Source: Minisyncoccota bacterium
GTDB lineage: Bacteria; Patescibacteriota; Minisyncoccia; Phycocordibacterales; CALRHW01
DNA length: 64,000 nt
Direction of reading: 5' to 3'
NCBI GenBank assembly: GCA_046350795.1
Contig: JAXLZT010000001.1
Span: forward strand, 181,780-245,779
Shown: one piece after another, positions 35,962 through 45,428 of the stretch
Position numbering within the stretch: position 1 is the stretch's first letter
How the letters are laid out: every line of letters starts with the position of its first letter
Notes under the pieces: model-generated
Seen by the model: the letters and a program-made list of their open reading frames with translations, nothing else
What the model was told of the DNA's origin: nothing
The model's database searches: none
Translations under genes and position numbers: made by a program

Positions 35962-37547
35962 CAAGAAAGAATTAAGTGAGCGAAAGCGGCATTTCGTGCC
36001 TCAGCTGTAAGGTATTTCTGTAGTTCCAACCGACAATATTCAGCTTCAAGCTCTGGATATGCTTTTTCTATTGGAACAAACCAATCGTTGGCTTTAATCC
36101 TCACTATTTGGTCCTTTATTGAAAAGTTCCAACCGAGTGCGGAGAAGATCTCTCGCTTCCTCTCCAAGGTCCCAGAATTAAAGTTTTCTCTGGCATAGCA
36201 GGCAAAGCTAAATGCCTTTTCGGTGAGCTCTAGCCACTTATCGGCTCGGTTCTCAGTGTTTCGGAGATTGCTCTTAAGCTTTGTTATTTTATCTTTCAAT
36301 CCATCACGCTCTTTTACGAAGGTCTCATCATCAATTAATTCTCGGTAACGCATCTTTGTAAGAGCATCAATTTCTTTTTGAGTTTCGGCGACTGCTTTAT
36401 GCTGTGTTTCGTAGACCTTGGTTCGGTCCTCAATCTCTTTATTATTTTCTCTATTCAAAATCTCAAGAGCCCAGTCTTTGAATTTGGGTAAGATGGTATA
36501 TCGTTCAAGTTCAATATCAACCTGGTCCTCTAACTGTTTAAGAGTAACAGGGCTTCTTTGAGTACACTTAGTGCCTTTCTTACGACGGGTACAGTTGTAG
36601 TAAACATATTTCTCAAAGGTGTTTGTTTTCTTAACAAACTTTATCTTTTCACTTGCGGTGTACATCGAACCACATTCTTCACAGTAAATAAGGCCGGTAT
36701 AAGCAAATTCATGGGTCTTTGCTCGAGGCTTACCATTACGACCCATAAGAGCCTGGACCCGATCATACTCCTCAAGGCTAATCATGGGCTTATGGTTGCC
36801 CTTATACAGCTTGCCGGACCACTCAAACATGCCGGTGTAGAAGATATTGGTGAACATCTTATAAATCACGCTGCTGGCGAGTTCACCGCCACCACCTCGT
36901 TTAGTTTTTGCAGTTCTAAAACCCCACTTATCATTCGCAATCTTTAAAATCTGTGGAGGAGTATAGTTGCCGGTAAGCATCATGTCCCATATCTTGCGGA
37001 CCAAATCAAAACGCTCTTTATCCTCGATAATTATATGCTCAAGTTTGTCATTTAAATATCCGATAGGAGCACGAGAGGGTAGCCAACCTCGATCAGCTTT
37101 CCCAACCATTCCACGCATACTGTTTTTCTTAAGATCAATGATGAATTGATTTGCCATTCCGCTTTCAACACTAAAAAGGAGAACGTTATCGTCAGGTAAG
37201 TACTGGCGATCAATCGTCTGAATACATTTTAAAACTCCTTGCTGCAACATCCAACCGAGAGCTCCGCTATCAACTGGGTTTCGAGAAAGTCGATTTAGTT
37301 GCCAACAAAGGATACCGTCAGCTTCGCCTCGCTGAATGCGTTTGAGCATGTCATCGAAGACTGGTCGGCAATAAGGCTTCTTGGCAGATTTAGCTTCTGT
37401 CAGAACTTCTTTAATAGTGATTCCTAGGCTGTTTGCCAGCTCCTTTAGGCGGTTCACTTGATCGTCGATAGACTGAACCTGCCTGTCCTCACTTTCAGAG
37501 GATTTTCTAGCGTATATGAAGAGTGTTCTTGGTGTAGTTTGGTTCAT
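35952..37547 (-). CDS. Large serine recombinase (resolvase catalytic domain + recombinase domain + zinc ribbon/coiled coil)
   Basis: 531 aa; LFIYARKSSESEDRQVQSIDDQ (catalytic Ser region), ...DGILCWQLNRLSRN..., C-terminal CEECGSMY...CTRRKKGTKC zinc ribbon. Confidence 0.85.
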   Translation of the reverse strand: MNQTTPRTLFIYARKSSESEDRQVQSIDDQVNRLKELANSLGITIKEVLTEAKSAKKPYCRPVFDDMLKRIQRGEADGILCWQLNRLSRNPVDSGALGWMLQQGVLKCIQTIDRQYLPDDNVLLFSVESGMANQFIIDLKKNSMRGMVGKADRGWLPSRAPIGYLNDKLEHIIIEDKERFDLVRKIWDMMLTGNYTPPQILKIANDKWGFRTAKTKRGGGGELASSVIYKMFTNIFYTGMFEWSGKLYKGNHKPMISLEEYDRVQALMGRNGKPRAKTHEFAYTGLIYCEECGSMYTASEKIKFVKKTNTFEKYVYYNCTRRKKGTKCTQRSPVTLKQLEDQVDIELERYTILPKFKDWALEILNRENNKEIEDRTKVYETQHKAVAETQKEIDALTKMRYRELIDDETFVKERDGLKDKITKLKSNLRNTENRADKWLELTEKAFSFACYARENFNSGTLERKREIFSALGWNFSIKDQIVRIKANDWFVPIEKAYPELEAEYCRLELQKYLTAEARNAAFAHLILSWGG

Positions 37548-37553
37548 AGTAAT

Positions 37554-38537
37554 TTATCCGGCACTGCCTGCACTTATATCCTCATCCCTAATGTTATTTA
37601 AGTAAAGAGGATTTGTGAGTTCTTCCGCTTTATTCCGCTCTATTTCGTCTAACTCCGTTTTTTCACCGTTTTTTAACGGTTGGATGTTATCAGAATTGAT
37701 ATCATCTCCTGACCGTTTTTCCACCGCTATTTCGGACTCAATGTTATCAAAATTGATATCATTCGTTTCCCGTAATTTACCCGTATTTACGGGAATACTT
37801 GGACCCTGCATTTCACCTGCATAAGCAGGCTCATTTTTGTCCCTATTTGTCCCTAAATTTCCCTCATCCCGTCTCCAGGGTGGTACATACGGTTTATAGT
37901 TCATATTGCCGGAAGGGTTGGGAATAGCAAGCTTCTGCCTTTTACTGATACTCATCTGGTCAGCCAGGGACTTTATTCGGTTATTTAACTCTTTAGGAGA
38001 GTTATTATTTAGGTTAGTTAGAGTATCAATTTCACTACTTTTTACTGAATTATCATCGGGTTTGATATCATTATTTCTTGATTTTTGATATCTTCCTTTC
38101 CAATTTGATAGCTTAATGCGCGGCGAGTGTTCACCCAAAGATTTCCAGTATATTGAACTTTGGAATGCGTAAAGGTTGGACCGGCCAAAACCATGTTGAC
38201 CTCTTTGGACAATAATAATTCCATGGTCTTCAAGAATTTGAATGGCTTTGCTTATGCTGGTCGGATTTTTCTCGCCAGTAAATTTCAACAGACGTTTGAT
38301 GCTCGGAAAAGCTCCTTGAGTTTCAGTGTTGCAGTGTCTTAAGAGGACATTCAAAACGGCACCACATAGTCTTGGGAGCTTTGCTACATACCAACCATCA
38401 ACATACTCGTTATCTACAAAATAACGAGTTGGTTTATCTTTGGGGCGTAGCCGATCGAAGGGAATATCACGCAATAGGTTGGTTGCTCTCATTCTCTTGC
38501 GATCTTTCCATGAGTTGGGGTCTGGATTCCATTTCAT
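37554..38537 (-). CDS. Hypothetical protein with winged-helix region (possible replication-initiator/DnaD-like), Asn/Ser-rich C-terminus
   Basis: 327 aa; ...SIKRLLKFTGEKNPTSISKAIQILEDHGIIIVQRG... Confidence 0.4.
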   Translation of the reverse strand: MKWNPDPNSWKDRKRMRATNLLRDIPFDRLRPKDKPTRYFVDNEYVDGWYVAKLPRLCGAVLNVLLRHCNTETQGAFPSIKRLLKFTGEKNPTSISKAIQILEDHGIIIVQRGQHGFGRSNLYAFQSSIYWKSLGEHSPRIKLSNWKGRYQKSRNNDIKPDDNSVKSSEIDTLTNLNNNSPKELNNRIKSLADQMSISKRQKLAIPNPSGNMNYKPYVPPWRRDEGNLGTNRDKNEPAYAGEMQGPSIPVNTGKLRETNDINFDNIESEIAVEKRSGDDINSDNIQPLKNGEKTELDEIERNKAEELTNPLYLNNIRDEDISAGSAG

Positions 38538-38751
38538 CTTGGGTAATTCTTTTGATTAATAAAGGGAGGGTAGATTCTCGGTGCTTTTGAATCTTTTCAA
38601 ACTGCTCTTTGGTCATCGGCCGATAGACAGCAGACATAAGCCGCACAAGTTTGATACCTTGCTCATAGGCTTGTTCAGCACTTATTTCCTTACCGAATTC
38701 GCTTCGGTAGAGTGCCTGGAACTTTGCAATGTCTGTGTCGGTCAGGACCAT
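38467..38751 (-). CDS. Hypothetical protein (94 aa) within island
   Basis: ORF only. Confidence 0.35.
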   Translation of the reverse strand: MVLTDTDIAKFQALYRSEFGKEISAEQAYEQGIKLVRLMSAVYRPMTKEQFEKIQKHRESTLPLLIKRITQDEMESRPQLMERSQENESNQPIA

Positions 38752-38753
38752 GA

Positions 38754-39026
38754 CTATTCCGAGTAGAGTTTGTTCTTGAGGGCCTTGATACTGTCAAAGA
38801 ACGACCGAGCTTTGACTTTCAGTTGGTCTGAAAAATATTGATTGGCATAATTATCAATTTCTGCCTCTCGTTTGAATACGAAAAGAGCCTTGCGAGGATC
38901 GTCTCGGTCCAAGCGGATAAGCTTGTACCCAAGGCACATGAGTGCCGCCGATACTCCAAGGTCATAGGTTGTGAACACATCAGGTCCATCAGCTTCGGGC
39001 TGGGACCAACTCCGTTTTTTAATCAT
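38754..39026 (-). CDS. Hypothetical protein (90 aa) within island
   Basis: ORF only. Confidence 0.35.
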   Translation of the reverse strand: MIKKRSWSQPEADGPDVFTTYDLGVSAALMCLGYKLIRLDRDDPRKALFVFKREAEIDNYANQYFSDQLKVKARSFFDSIKALKNKLYSE

Positions 39027-39152
39027 GAGTAATATTGTTAGTTATTAATTAATGCTCTAAACAAAAAAGCCAAAGCATTACGCTCTGACTTTATTCGTCC
39101 GAAGGAGAAAGGTGGACGGAATGATTATGGGTTTAGTGTGGGTTCAATGTGA

Positions 39153-39743
39153 TCAGGTAATCAGCTTGTAGCCCAAGCCTTTAATATTCTTGATGATGTC
39201 CTTATTTTTAGCTTTCTTGGCTGGAAGGATACCAAGTACCTCTTTAATATTTCTGATTACAAAAGTGAGGTTACGTTTAGTCGTTTTAGATACAGATTCT
39301 CCAAGGATGTCAGTGTAGGTAACCTGATGGTTCTTGGCAGTGGCGAGCTTGAGAAGGGTCTCGAACTCCTGACTCTTTGGGTTAAAGATAGCCTCAACCT
39401 CATTCAAGCGGACTGCAGCAGTGACTTTGTCGATGGAGAGGGTATTGGTCCCAATTTCGATTGTGATGACATCGGTATCAGTCTTATTTTCATTTAAATA
39501 ATTGGCAAAGGTGCTTATAACCCAGAAACTAACCGCTTTACCAATAATGTTTAGATCACCGATAAGGCCTTCTTGCTCGAGTTTTTTCAAAATAAGAATC
39601 TGTTCTTTTACTGTGAGAGAAGGTTGATCATTGAGCTGTAACTTCAAAATGCCAGCAGGACTTATCAGAGCTCTTTCGTGGATTAAAACCTTGATGAATT
39701 GTATCTTCTGGACCGGCGTCATTGTAATAGTAATTTGATACAA
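39153..39743 (-). CDS. Hypothetical protein with possible OmpR/PhoB-type C-terminal winged-helix DNA-binding domain
   Basis: C-terminal ...NIKEVLGILPAKKAKNKDIIKNIKGLGYKLIT resembles trans_reg_C ending GYRL. Confidence 0.35.
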   Translation of the reverse strand: MYQITITMTPVQKIQFIKVLIHERALISPAGILKLQLNDQPSLTVKEQILILKKLEQEGLIGDLNIIGKAVSFWVISTFANYLNENKTDTDVITIEIGTNTLSIDKVTAAVRLNEVEAIFNPKSQEFETLLKLATAKNHQVTYTDILGESVSKTTKRNLTFVIRNIKEVLGILPAKKAKNKDIIKNIKGLGYKLIT

Positions 39744-39797
39744 ATCTACAACGAATTTGGCTTTTCTCCAATAGCGTGTTTACTGGTTTGACAGTCT

Positions 39798-39814
39798 ATA
39801 CCCCTAGGGGGTAT
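39798..39814 (+). promoter_or_regulatory. Candidate CsoR operator: GC-tract inverted repeat ATACCCCTAGGGGGTAT 6 bp upstream of csoR
   Basis: Seen directly; resembles type-1 CsoR sites (e.g. B. subtilis copZA operator TACCC-N4-GGGTA, recalled from memory). Confidence 0.55.
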
Positions 39815-39819
39815 TATGT

Positions 39820-40092
39820 ATGTATATGAGACAAGATATCAAAACAAAAGCTATTCGTCGATTAAAAATTGTTGAGGGACAGATTAGGGGCCTGCAGAAA
39901 ATGGTTGAGGATGAGAAGTATTGTATCGACATTATTACTCAAGCTTCGGCTATTAAAGAGGCACTTACTGGAATTGAGGGCCTAGTTCTTGAAAATCATC
40001 TTTCTACGCATGTTGTTCACCAAATGAAGCATGGTAGCGAAAAGAAAGCTGTCGATGAGATTCTTAAGGTTTATAAGCTCAAGCGCAAATAA
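39820..40092 (+). CDS. csoR: CsoR/RcnR-family (DUF156) metal-sensing transcriptional repressor
   Basis: 90 aa; ...KIVEGQIRGLQKMVEDEKYCIDIITQASAIKEAL...LENHLSTHVV. Confidence 0.75.
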   Translation: MYMRQDIKTKAIRRLKIVEGQIRGLQKMVEDEKYCIDIITQASAIKEALTGIEGLVLENHLSTHVVHQMKHGSEKKAVDEILKVYKLKRK

Positions 40093-40096
40093 AAAT

Positions 40097-42424
40097 ATGA
40101 ATCATCCCATTAAAACATATAGAGTAAAAGGAATGCATTGCGCTTCTTGCGCTGGCATTATTGAGAAGACCTTCAAGAAGACTGAGGGAGTCCATTCTGC
40201 TGAAGTAAATTATGGGACCGAAAAAGCGAAGGTTGTCTTTGATGAATCAAAAACAAGTGCGCAGGAGCTTTCAAAGAAAATAGAGCCACTTGGCTACTCC
40301 TTGGCTCTGGACCAAGAAATGTCACATGACCATGGTAGTCAATCAGCAGAAGCGATGGGTATGTCGGCAGATGAACATGCGGCACATCTGGGACTCAATC
40401 AGTCCAAGAAAGAGAAGCTTGCTGAAGTTGCTGATATGCGAACAAAATTATTCTCTGCCATTCCTCTCGCAATTTTCGCAGCACTCGTTATGGGATGGGA
40501 TATTCTCGCTCAATACAAGGCGGTTCCTGAAATGAGCTATACGATCAAAGAATTTATCCACCATCTTCTTCCGATACTAGCTACATATATCCTGTTTGTT
40601 GTCGGTAAACCATACCTCATGGGTTTTTATCGATTCCTTAGATACGGCAAGGCAAACATGGATACGCTGATCGGTATTGGAACCACTGCCGCATTTTTAT
40701 ATAGCTTTGCTGTCACTGCTTTTGAAGAAGCTCTACGTCCATTTATAAACGTGGACTACCAATACTATGATGTCACGATTGTGGTTATTACTTTTATAGC
40801 CCTTGGCAAATATCTTGAAGCTCGATCGAAAATTAAGACGGGTGATGCCATAGAAAAACTCCTCAATCTTCAAGCTAAAACAGCTTTGGTCATTCGTGAT
40901 GGAAAGGAAGTAGAAATTTCAGTGAATGAGGTGAAGCACGGCGACCTTATTATCGTTAAGCCAGGCGCAAAGATTCCTGTAGACGGTGTTATTACTGAAG
41001 GTTCCTCATTTATCGATGAGTCCATGGTTACCGGAGAGCCGATGCCTGCTCAGAAGAAAATCGGAGACAGTGTCGTATCCGGAACCATAAACACAAGCGG
41101 TTCATTTACTTTCAAGGCCACCAAGGTTGGGTCCGAAACGCTTCTTGCTCAGATCATCAAGATGGTTGAAGACGCTCAAGGCAGCAAGGCCCCGATTCAG
41201 GCACTAGCAGATAAGATATCAGCAGTCTTCGTGCCTATAGTTTTAGTAATTGCATTTCTCACTCTTGGCGCATGGCTTATCTTTGGCTCACAGTACCTAG
41301 GATTCTCCCAAGCTCTCTCATTCGGTCTGGTTTCATTTGTCGGTATTCTCGTGATCGCATGTCCCTGTGCTCTTGGTCTTGCAACACCTACGGCCATTAT
41401 CGTAGGAGTCGGTAAGGGGGCTAAGGAAGGCATACTTATCAAAGATGCGGCAACTCTGGAGAAGCTCCATAAAGTAAATACTGTTGTTGTTGATAAAACA
41501 GGGACCATCACCAAAGGAAAACCAACTCTTGTTGATATACAAAATCTTTCTGATTTAAAAGATGAGGAATTGGTATCAATTCTTGCTTCACTTGAGAAAA
41601 AATCAGAACATCCAATTGCTCATGCAATTGTAAATTACGCACAAGAGAAAAACATTTCCACATCAGATATTTCAAATTTTGAGGGAATACAAGGCAAAGG
41701 TCTAAAGGGAATAGTGAAAGGTACTGAATACTTTGTCGGCAACGCTAAGCTCGTTAGTGATCTTAAGGTTTCCTTTGACGCAACAAAACTTAATGAATTT
41801 ACTTCCCAAGGTAAAACACCAGTTATCCTTGCTACTAAAGAAAAGGTCCTCGGCTTTGTCATGGTGGCTGATGAAATTAAAGCAGAGTCGGTCGAGGCAG
41901 TAAAAAATCTTCATGCCCTGGGTATAAAAGTGGTTATGCTCACTGGTGATGATGAAAAGGCTGCCAAGTACATTGCCTCTCTTGTGGGAATTGATGATGT
42001 TGTCGCCCACGTTCTGCCACAGGATAAGCTCGAAAAAATAAAAGAGCTACAGTCACAAGGTCGAGTGGTTGCCATGGCAGGTGATGGCGTGAACGACGCT
42101 CCAGCGCTTGCTCAAGCGGATGTAGGTATTGCCATGGGGACTGGAACAGATGTGGCGATTGAGTCGGCTGGTATAACACTTCTCGGCGGAGATATCTCTA
42201 AGCTCGTAAAAGCTATCAAGCTCTCGAAGATCACTATGCGTGGGATTAAGCAGAATCTATTCTGGGCGTTTATCTATAACATCGTTGGTATACCGCTTGC
42301 AGCAGGAGCCCTATATCCAGTCTTCGGTTGGCTTTTAAATCCCGTCTTTGCTGGATTTGCCATGGCCATGTCTTCGGTATCGGTTGTATCAAATTCACTT
42401 CGCATTAAAGCCAAAAAACTATAA
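40097..42424 (+). CDS. copA: Copper-translocating P1B-type ATPase CopA (N-terminal HMA domain)
   Basis: GMHCASCAG (HMA), CPC motif ACPCALGLATP, DKTGT (VVDKTGTITKG), GDGVNDAPALA; start at MNHPIK (40097) 4 bp after csoR stop. Confidence 0.9.
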   Translation: MNHPIKTYRVKGMHCASCAGIIEKTFKKTEGVHSAEVNYGTEKAKVVFDESKTSAQELSKKIEPLGYSLALDQEMSHDHGSQSAEAMGMSADEHAAHLGLNQSKKEKLAEVADMRTKLFSAIPLAIFAALVMGWDILAQYKAVPEMSYTIKEFIHHLLPILATYILFVVGKPYLMGFYRFLRYGKANMDTLIGIGTTAAFLYSFAVTAFEEALRPFINVDYQYYDVTIVVITFIALGKYLEARSKIKTGDAIEKLLNLQAKTALVIRDGKEVEISVNEVKHGDLIIVKPGAKIPVDGVITEGSSFIDESMVTGEPMPAQKKIGDSVVSGTINTSGSFTFKATKVGSETLLAQIIKMVEDAQGSKAPIQALADKISAVFVPIVLVIAFLTLGAWLIFGSQYLGFSQALSFGLVSFVGILVIACPCALGLATPTAIIVGVGKGAKEGILIKDAATLEKLHKVNTVVVDKTGTITKGKPTLVDIQNLSDLKDEELVSILASLEKKSEHPIAHAIVNYAQEKNISTSDISNFEGIQGKGLKGIVKGTEYFVGNAKLVSDLKVSFDATKLNEFTSQGKTPVILATKEKVLGFVMVADEIKAESVEAVKNLHALGIKVVMLTGDDEKAAKYIASLVGIDDVVAHVLPQDKLEKIKELQSQGRVVAMAGDGVNDAPALAQADVGIAMGTGTDVAIESAGITLLGGDISKLVKAIKLSKITMRGIKQNLFWAFIYNIVGIPLAAGALYPVFGWLLNPVFAGFAMAMSSVSVVSNSLRIKAKKL

Positions 42425-43041
42425 TGAAAAAACTCCTCTCATTACTAATAATCACAAGTGTCCTAGTAATAGGGGTGTTTGGTTTTACCTCGATGAATCA
42501 TGGGACCAATCACACTACCGGTTGTATCGCCTCAGCCGTAGACAATACGCCATGTCCGGAAAACATCGCAGCAATGTCGGTCCACCATATACAGGCATTC
42601 GTTTCATTCTTCAGCGTGATCCCGTCAATTCCGTTTATCTTTCTGCTCGCATTTCTTTTGGCAGTATTTCTCAGCATAGGATTCGTTTATATAAAACGAC
42701 AGGATTCGCTCTTAGCTAATCTTGCATTTTGGCGAATTCAGCACGATCCTGAACGTGCTCTCACTCGCCCAAGGGAAATTACTCGCTGGCTTTCTCTATT
42801 TGAAAACAGTCCTTCGATGCATAGAATTTTCATTATCAATTCTAATCTCATAAATCTATGCAAACAAAAAAGTCTAAGGAAAATAAAAAACATAAAACTA
42901 TCGATCAAGAAGTGGCATTCGATCTTGTCTGCGGAATGGAGCTTGATGCAGACGGTATTAAGGCAACTGCAGACTACAAAGGTAAGACCTATTACTTTTG
43001 TGCTATCCACTGCAAGAATCACTTTACAGCCGATCCTGTGA
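42424..43041 (+). CDS. Hypothetical secreted/membrane protein (N-terminal ~100 aa convincing; C-terminal part overlaps YHS ORF and may be spurious read-through)
   Basis: MKKLLSLLIITSVLVIGVFGF...GCIASAVDNTPCPENIAAMSVHH... Confidence 0.3.
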   Translation: MKKLLSLLIITSVLVIGVFGFTSMNHGTNHTTGCIASAVDNTPCPENIAAMSVHHIQAFVSFFSVIPSIPFIFLLAFLLAVFLSIGFVYIKRQDSLLANLAFWRIQHDPERALTRPREITRWLSLFENSPSMHRIFIINSNLINLCKQKSLRKIKNIKLSIKKWHSILSAEWSLMQTVLRQLQTTKVRPITFVLSTARITLQPIL

Positions 43042-43058
43042 AGTATGCCGGAGAGTAA
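42858..43058 (+). CDS. YHS/TRASH-domain metal-binding protein
   Basis: DLVCGMELDADG...YKGKTYYFCAIHCKNHFTADP matches YHS consensus. Confidence 0.6.
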   Translation: MQTKKSKENKKHKTIDQEVAFDLVCGMELDADGIKATADYKGKTYYFCAIHCKNHFTADPVKYAGE

Positions 43059-43081
43059 CTCATTAATCTAACTACAAAAAT

Positions 43082-43723
43082 ATGAACAACCAAAACAACA
43101 AAATATTATACGGAATCGGCGGAATTGTTATCGGAATTCTTCTTGTCTCAGTGCTCACTCCAATGTTTCGATATGGTGGATACGGAATGATGAGCTGGAG
43201 AAGTAACTCCGTATCGGACCAAAGAGTGAGTGGAAACACTCAGGTGGCCGGTACAATCGACAAGCACTTCATCGAGCAGATGATCCCTCACCATGATGGA
43301 GCTATCGCTATGGCAAACCTCGCCCTCCAAAAGGCTAAGCGTCCCGAGATTAAAACCTTGGCTACAGCTATTATTGCAGCTCAGACAGCGGAGATTCAAA
43401 GCATGAACGGCTGGTATCAGGACTGGTTCAGAAGTACTGTTCCGAAGGTAAGTACCGGAATGATGGGTGGAGGCATGATGTCACAGAGCGGAATGCACAT
43501 GGGCGGACAGGAAGATATGACTGCACTAGAAAATGCATCTGATTTTGACAAAGCCTTTATCGAAGAAATGATCCCACATCACCAGTTGGCGATCATGATG
43601 ACAAATATGCTTCAGTCAGGGACCAACCGACCTGAGATGCAGCAGCTCGCAAAGAACATCATCTCATCTCAATCAAAAGAAATTCAGCAAATGCAGGCTT
43701 GGTATACCCAGTGGTACAAATAA
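43082..43723 (+). CDS. DUF305-domain protein (two repeats), family associated with copper-resistance loci
   Basis: FIEQMIPHHDGAIAMANLAL... and FIEEMIPHHQLAIMMTNML repeats. Confidence 0.65.
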   Translation: MNNQNNKILYGIGGIVIGILLVSVLTPMFRYGGYGMMSWRSNSVSDQRVSGNTQVAGTIDKHFIEQMIPHHDGAIAMANLALQKAKRPEIKTLATAIIAAQTAEIQSMNGWYQDWFRSTVPKVSTGMMGGGMMSQSGMHMGGQEDMTALENASDFDKAFIEEMIPHHQLAIMMTNMLQSGTNRPEMQQLAKNIISSQSKEIQQMQAWYTQWYK

Positions 43724-43755
43724 ACTTATTAAAAAATAATTAAACATAAAAATAT

Positions 43756-43977
43756 ATGAAAATATCAAAAGTAATGCATGTAGGAAGTGTTATCACAGGT
43801 TTTGTTGGAGTAATAGTATTTATAGGAACACTCATCGGCGGTGGCGACAATCTAGTGTTTGGAATTACAAAAATGGATGCATTAGCGTGTTCTGCGATTC
43901 TTATCCTTATCGCCACATGGCTTCAGATCGCAACCATCCATCACATGATGCTTGAGAAAAAGGGAGAGATTGTGTAA
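43756..43977 (+). CDS. Small two-TM membrane protein
   Basis: 73 aa. Confidence 0.4.
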   Translation: MKISKVMHVGSVITGFVGVIVFIGTLIGGGDNLVFGITKMDALACSAILILIATWLQIATIHHMMLEKKGEIV

Positions 43978-43998
43978 TTAAGAGAAATATTATCAATC

Positions 43999-45018
43999 AT
44001 GAAAACACTAACCTTCCACGTACATGGCATGCACTGCAACGCTTGTGTGCTCATGACAGAAAGCGAGCTTGGAGACTTGCCCAATATCACTCACGTTAAA
44101 TCGAGCCTTAAGAATCATTCAGTAGAAGTTACCGGAGACTTTGGAAATAAGACACAGGAACAAATTGCTGAAGAACTTACTGTTCCACTGAAGCCTCATG
44201 GCTACACAGTCTCAGTAGAAAAACAACAGCACAATGCTAAATGGGGAGACTTCAAGATTGCAGTACCTATAGCACTCGGCTTTGCGGTGCTCTTTGTGGT
44301 GCTACAGAAAATGGGAATAGTAAATCTTGTTAGCGCTGGCAACGTAACCTACGGCACAGCATTCGTAATCGGTATCATCGCTTCGCTTTCAACTTGTATG
44401 GCAGTCGTTGGGGGACTGGTTCTCTCGATGTCAGCCACATTCGCTAAAGAAGGAGATAAGGTTCGGCCCCAGCTCATGTTCCATGGAGGTCGAATTGTCT
44501 CATTCTTTATTCTCGGTGGAGTAATCGGTGCGATTGGATCAGCGTTCACGCTCAACACCTCGGCAACATTTATCCTAAGCCTGATTATCGGTATCGTCAT
44601 GCTTATTCTCGGTATCAATCTTCTCGATACATTCCACTGGGCCAAGAAACTTCAGCCGTCCATGCCGAAGTTCATTGCCAAGCATGCGCATGGCGTTTCT
44701 AAATTCAATCACACGCTCACTCCGCTCCTTGTAGGGGTCGCAACATTCTTCTTGCCGTGCGGGTTCACTCAATCGATGCAACTCTATACATTGACCACAG
44801 GAAGTTTCCTAACTGGAGGACTCACCATGCTGGCTTTTGCACTGGGTACACTGCCGGTCCTTGCGCTCATTAGCTTCAGCTCATTCAGCATTCAAAAAAG
44901 TTCAAAGGCAGGAGTCTTCTTCAAGACAGCCGGATTGATAGTCATCATGTTCGCACTCTTTAATCTTATTAATAGCTTGGTCGTGATTGGGGTTATACCA
45001 CCAGTCTTTAATTTCTAG
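43999..45018 (+). CDS. HMA (heavy-metal-associated) domain fused to polytopic membrane domain (CcdA/DsbD-like or permease-like)
   Basis: FHVHGMHCNACV (HMA MxCxxC) then ~8 TM helices. Confidence 0.55.
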   Translation: MKTLTFHVHGMHCNACVLMTESELGDLPNITHVKSSLKNHSVEVTGDFGNKTQEQIAEELTVPLKPHGYTVSVEKQQHNAKWGDFKIAVPIALGFAVLFVVLQKMGIVNLVSAGNVTYGTAFVIGIIASLSTCMAVVGGLVLSMSATFAKEGDKVRPQLMFHGGRIVSFFILGGVIGAIGSAFTLNTSATFILSLIIGIVMLILGINLLDTFHWAKKLQPSMPKFIAKHAHGVSKFNHTLTPLLVGVATFFLPCGFTQSMQLYTLTTGSFLTGGLTMLAFALGTLPVLALISFSSFSIQKSSKAGVFFKTAGLIVIMFALFNLINSLVVIGVIPPVFNF

Positions 45019-45031
45019 TATAATCTCAATT

Positions 45032-45421
45032 ATGAAAGCAACTATTATTTCAGTTATCGTGGCAGTGGTCCTAATCGGGGGAGCTTTTATGCTCACTAAA
45101 AGTGGTGGTAATACCGGACAGGTGGCGAACGCAAACAATGTTACCGTCGTTGACGGAAAACAAATCATTGAAATAAGTGCTAAAGGCGGATATCAACCCC
45201 GAAAAAGTATTGCTAAGGCAGGCATACCAACCATCATCCGATTTAACACAAAGGGAACCTTCGATTGTTCATCCTCGATTCGTATTCCAAGTCTCGGTAT
45301 AAGCAAATCACTTCCACAAACGGGATCAACCGATATTGATATTGGAACTCAGAAAGTAGCAACCCTTCAAGGAACTTGCGGAATGGGAATGTATCCTTTT
45401 GAGGTAGAGTTTCAGGGCTAG
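45032..45421 (+). CDS. Hypothetical secreted protein (possible cupredoxin-like/metal-binding), ends ...CGMGMYPFEVEFQG
   Basis: Start MKATIISVIVAVVLIGGAFML. Confidence 0.4.
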   Translation: MKATIISVIVAVVLIGGAFMLTKSGGNTGQVANANNVTVVDGKQIIEISAKGGYQPRKSIAKAGIPTIIRFNTKGTFDCSSSIRIPSLGISKSLPQTGSTDIDIGTQKVATLQGTCGMGMYPFEVEFQG

Positions 45422-45428
45422 TTTTTGA

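Noticed and set aside
40031-40096. Upstream in-frame extension of copA (ORF track start at 40031, overlapping csoR)
   Set aside because: The extension overlaps the csoR 3' end and precedes the canonical HMA-domain start MNHPIK at 40097; the shorter start fits the operon arrangement.
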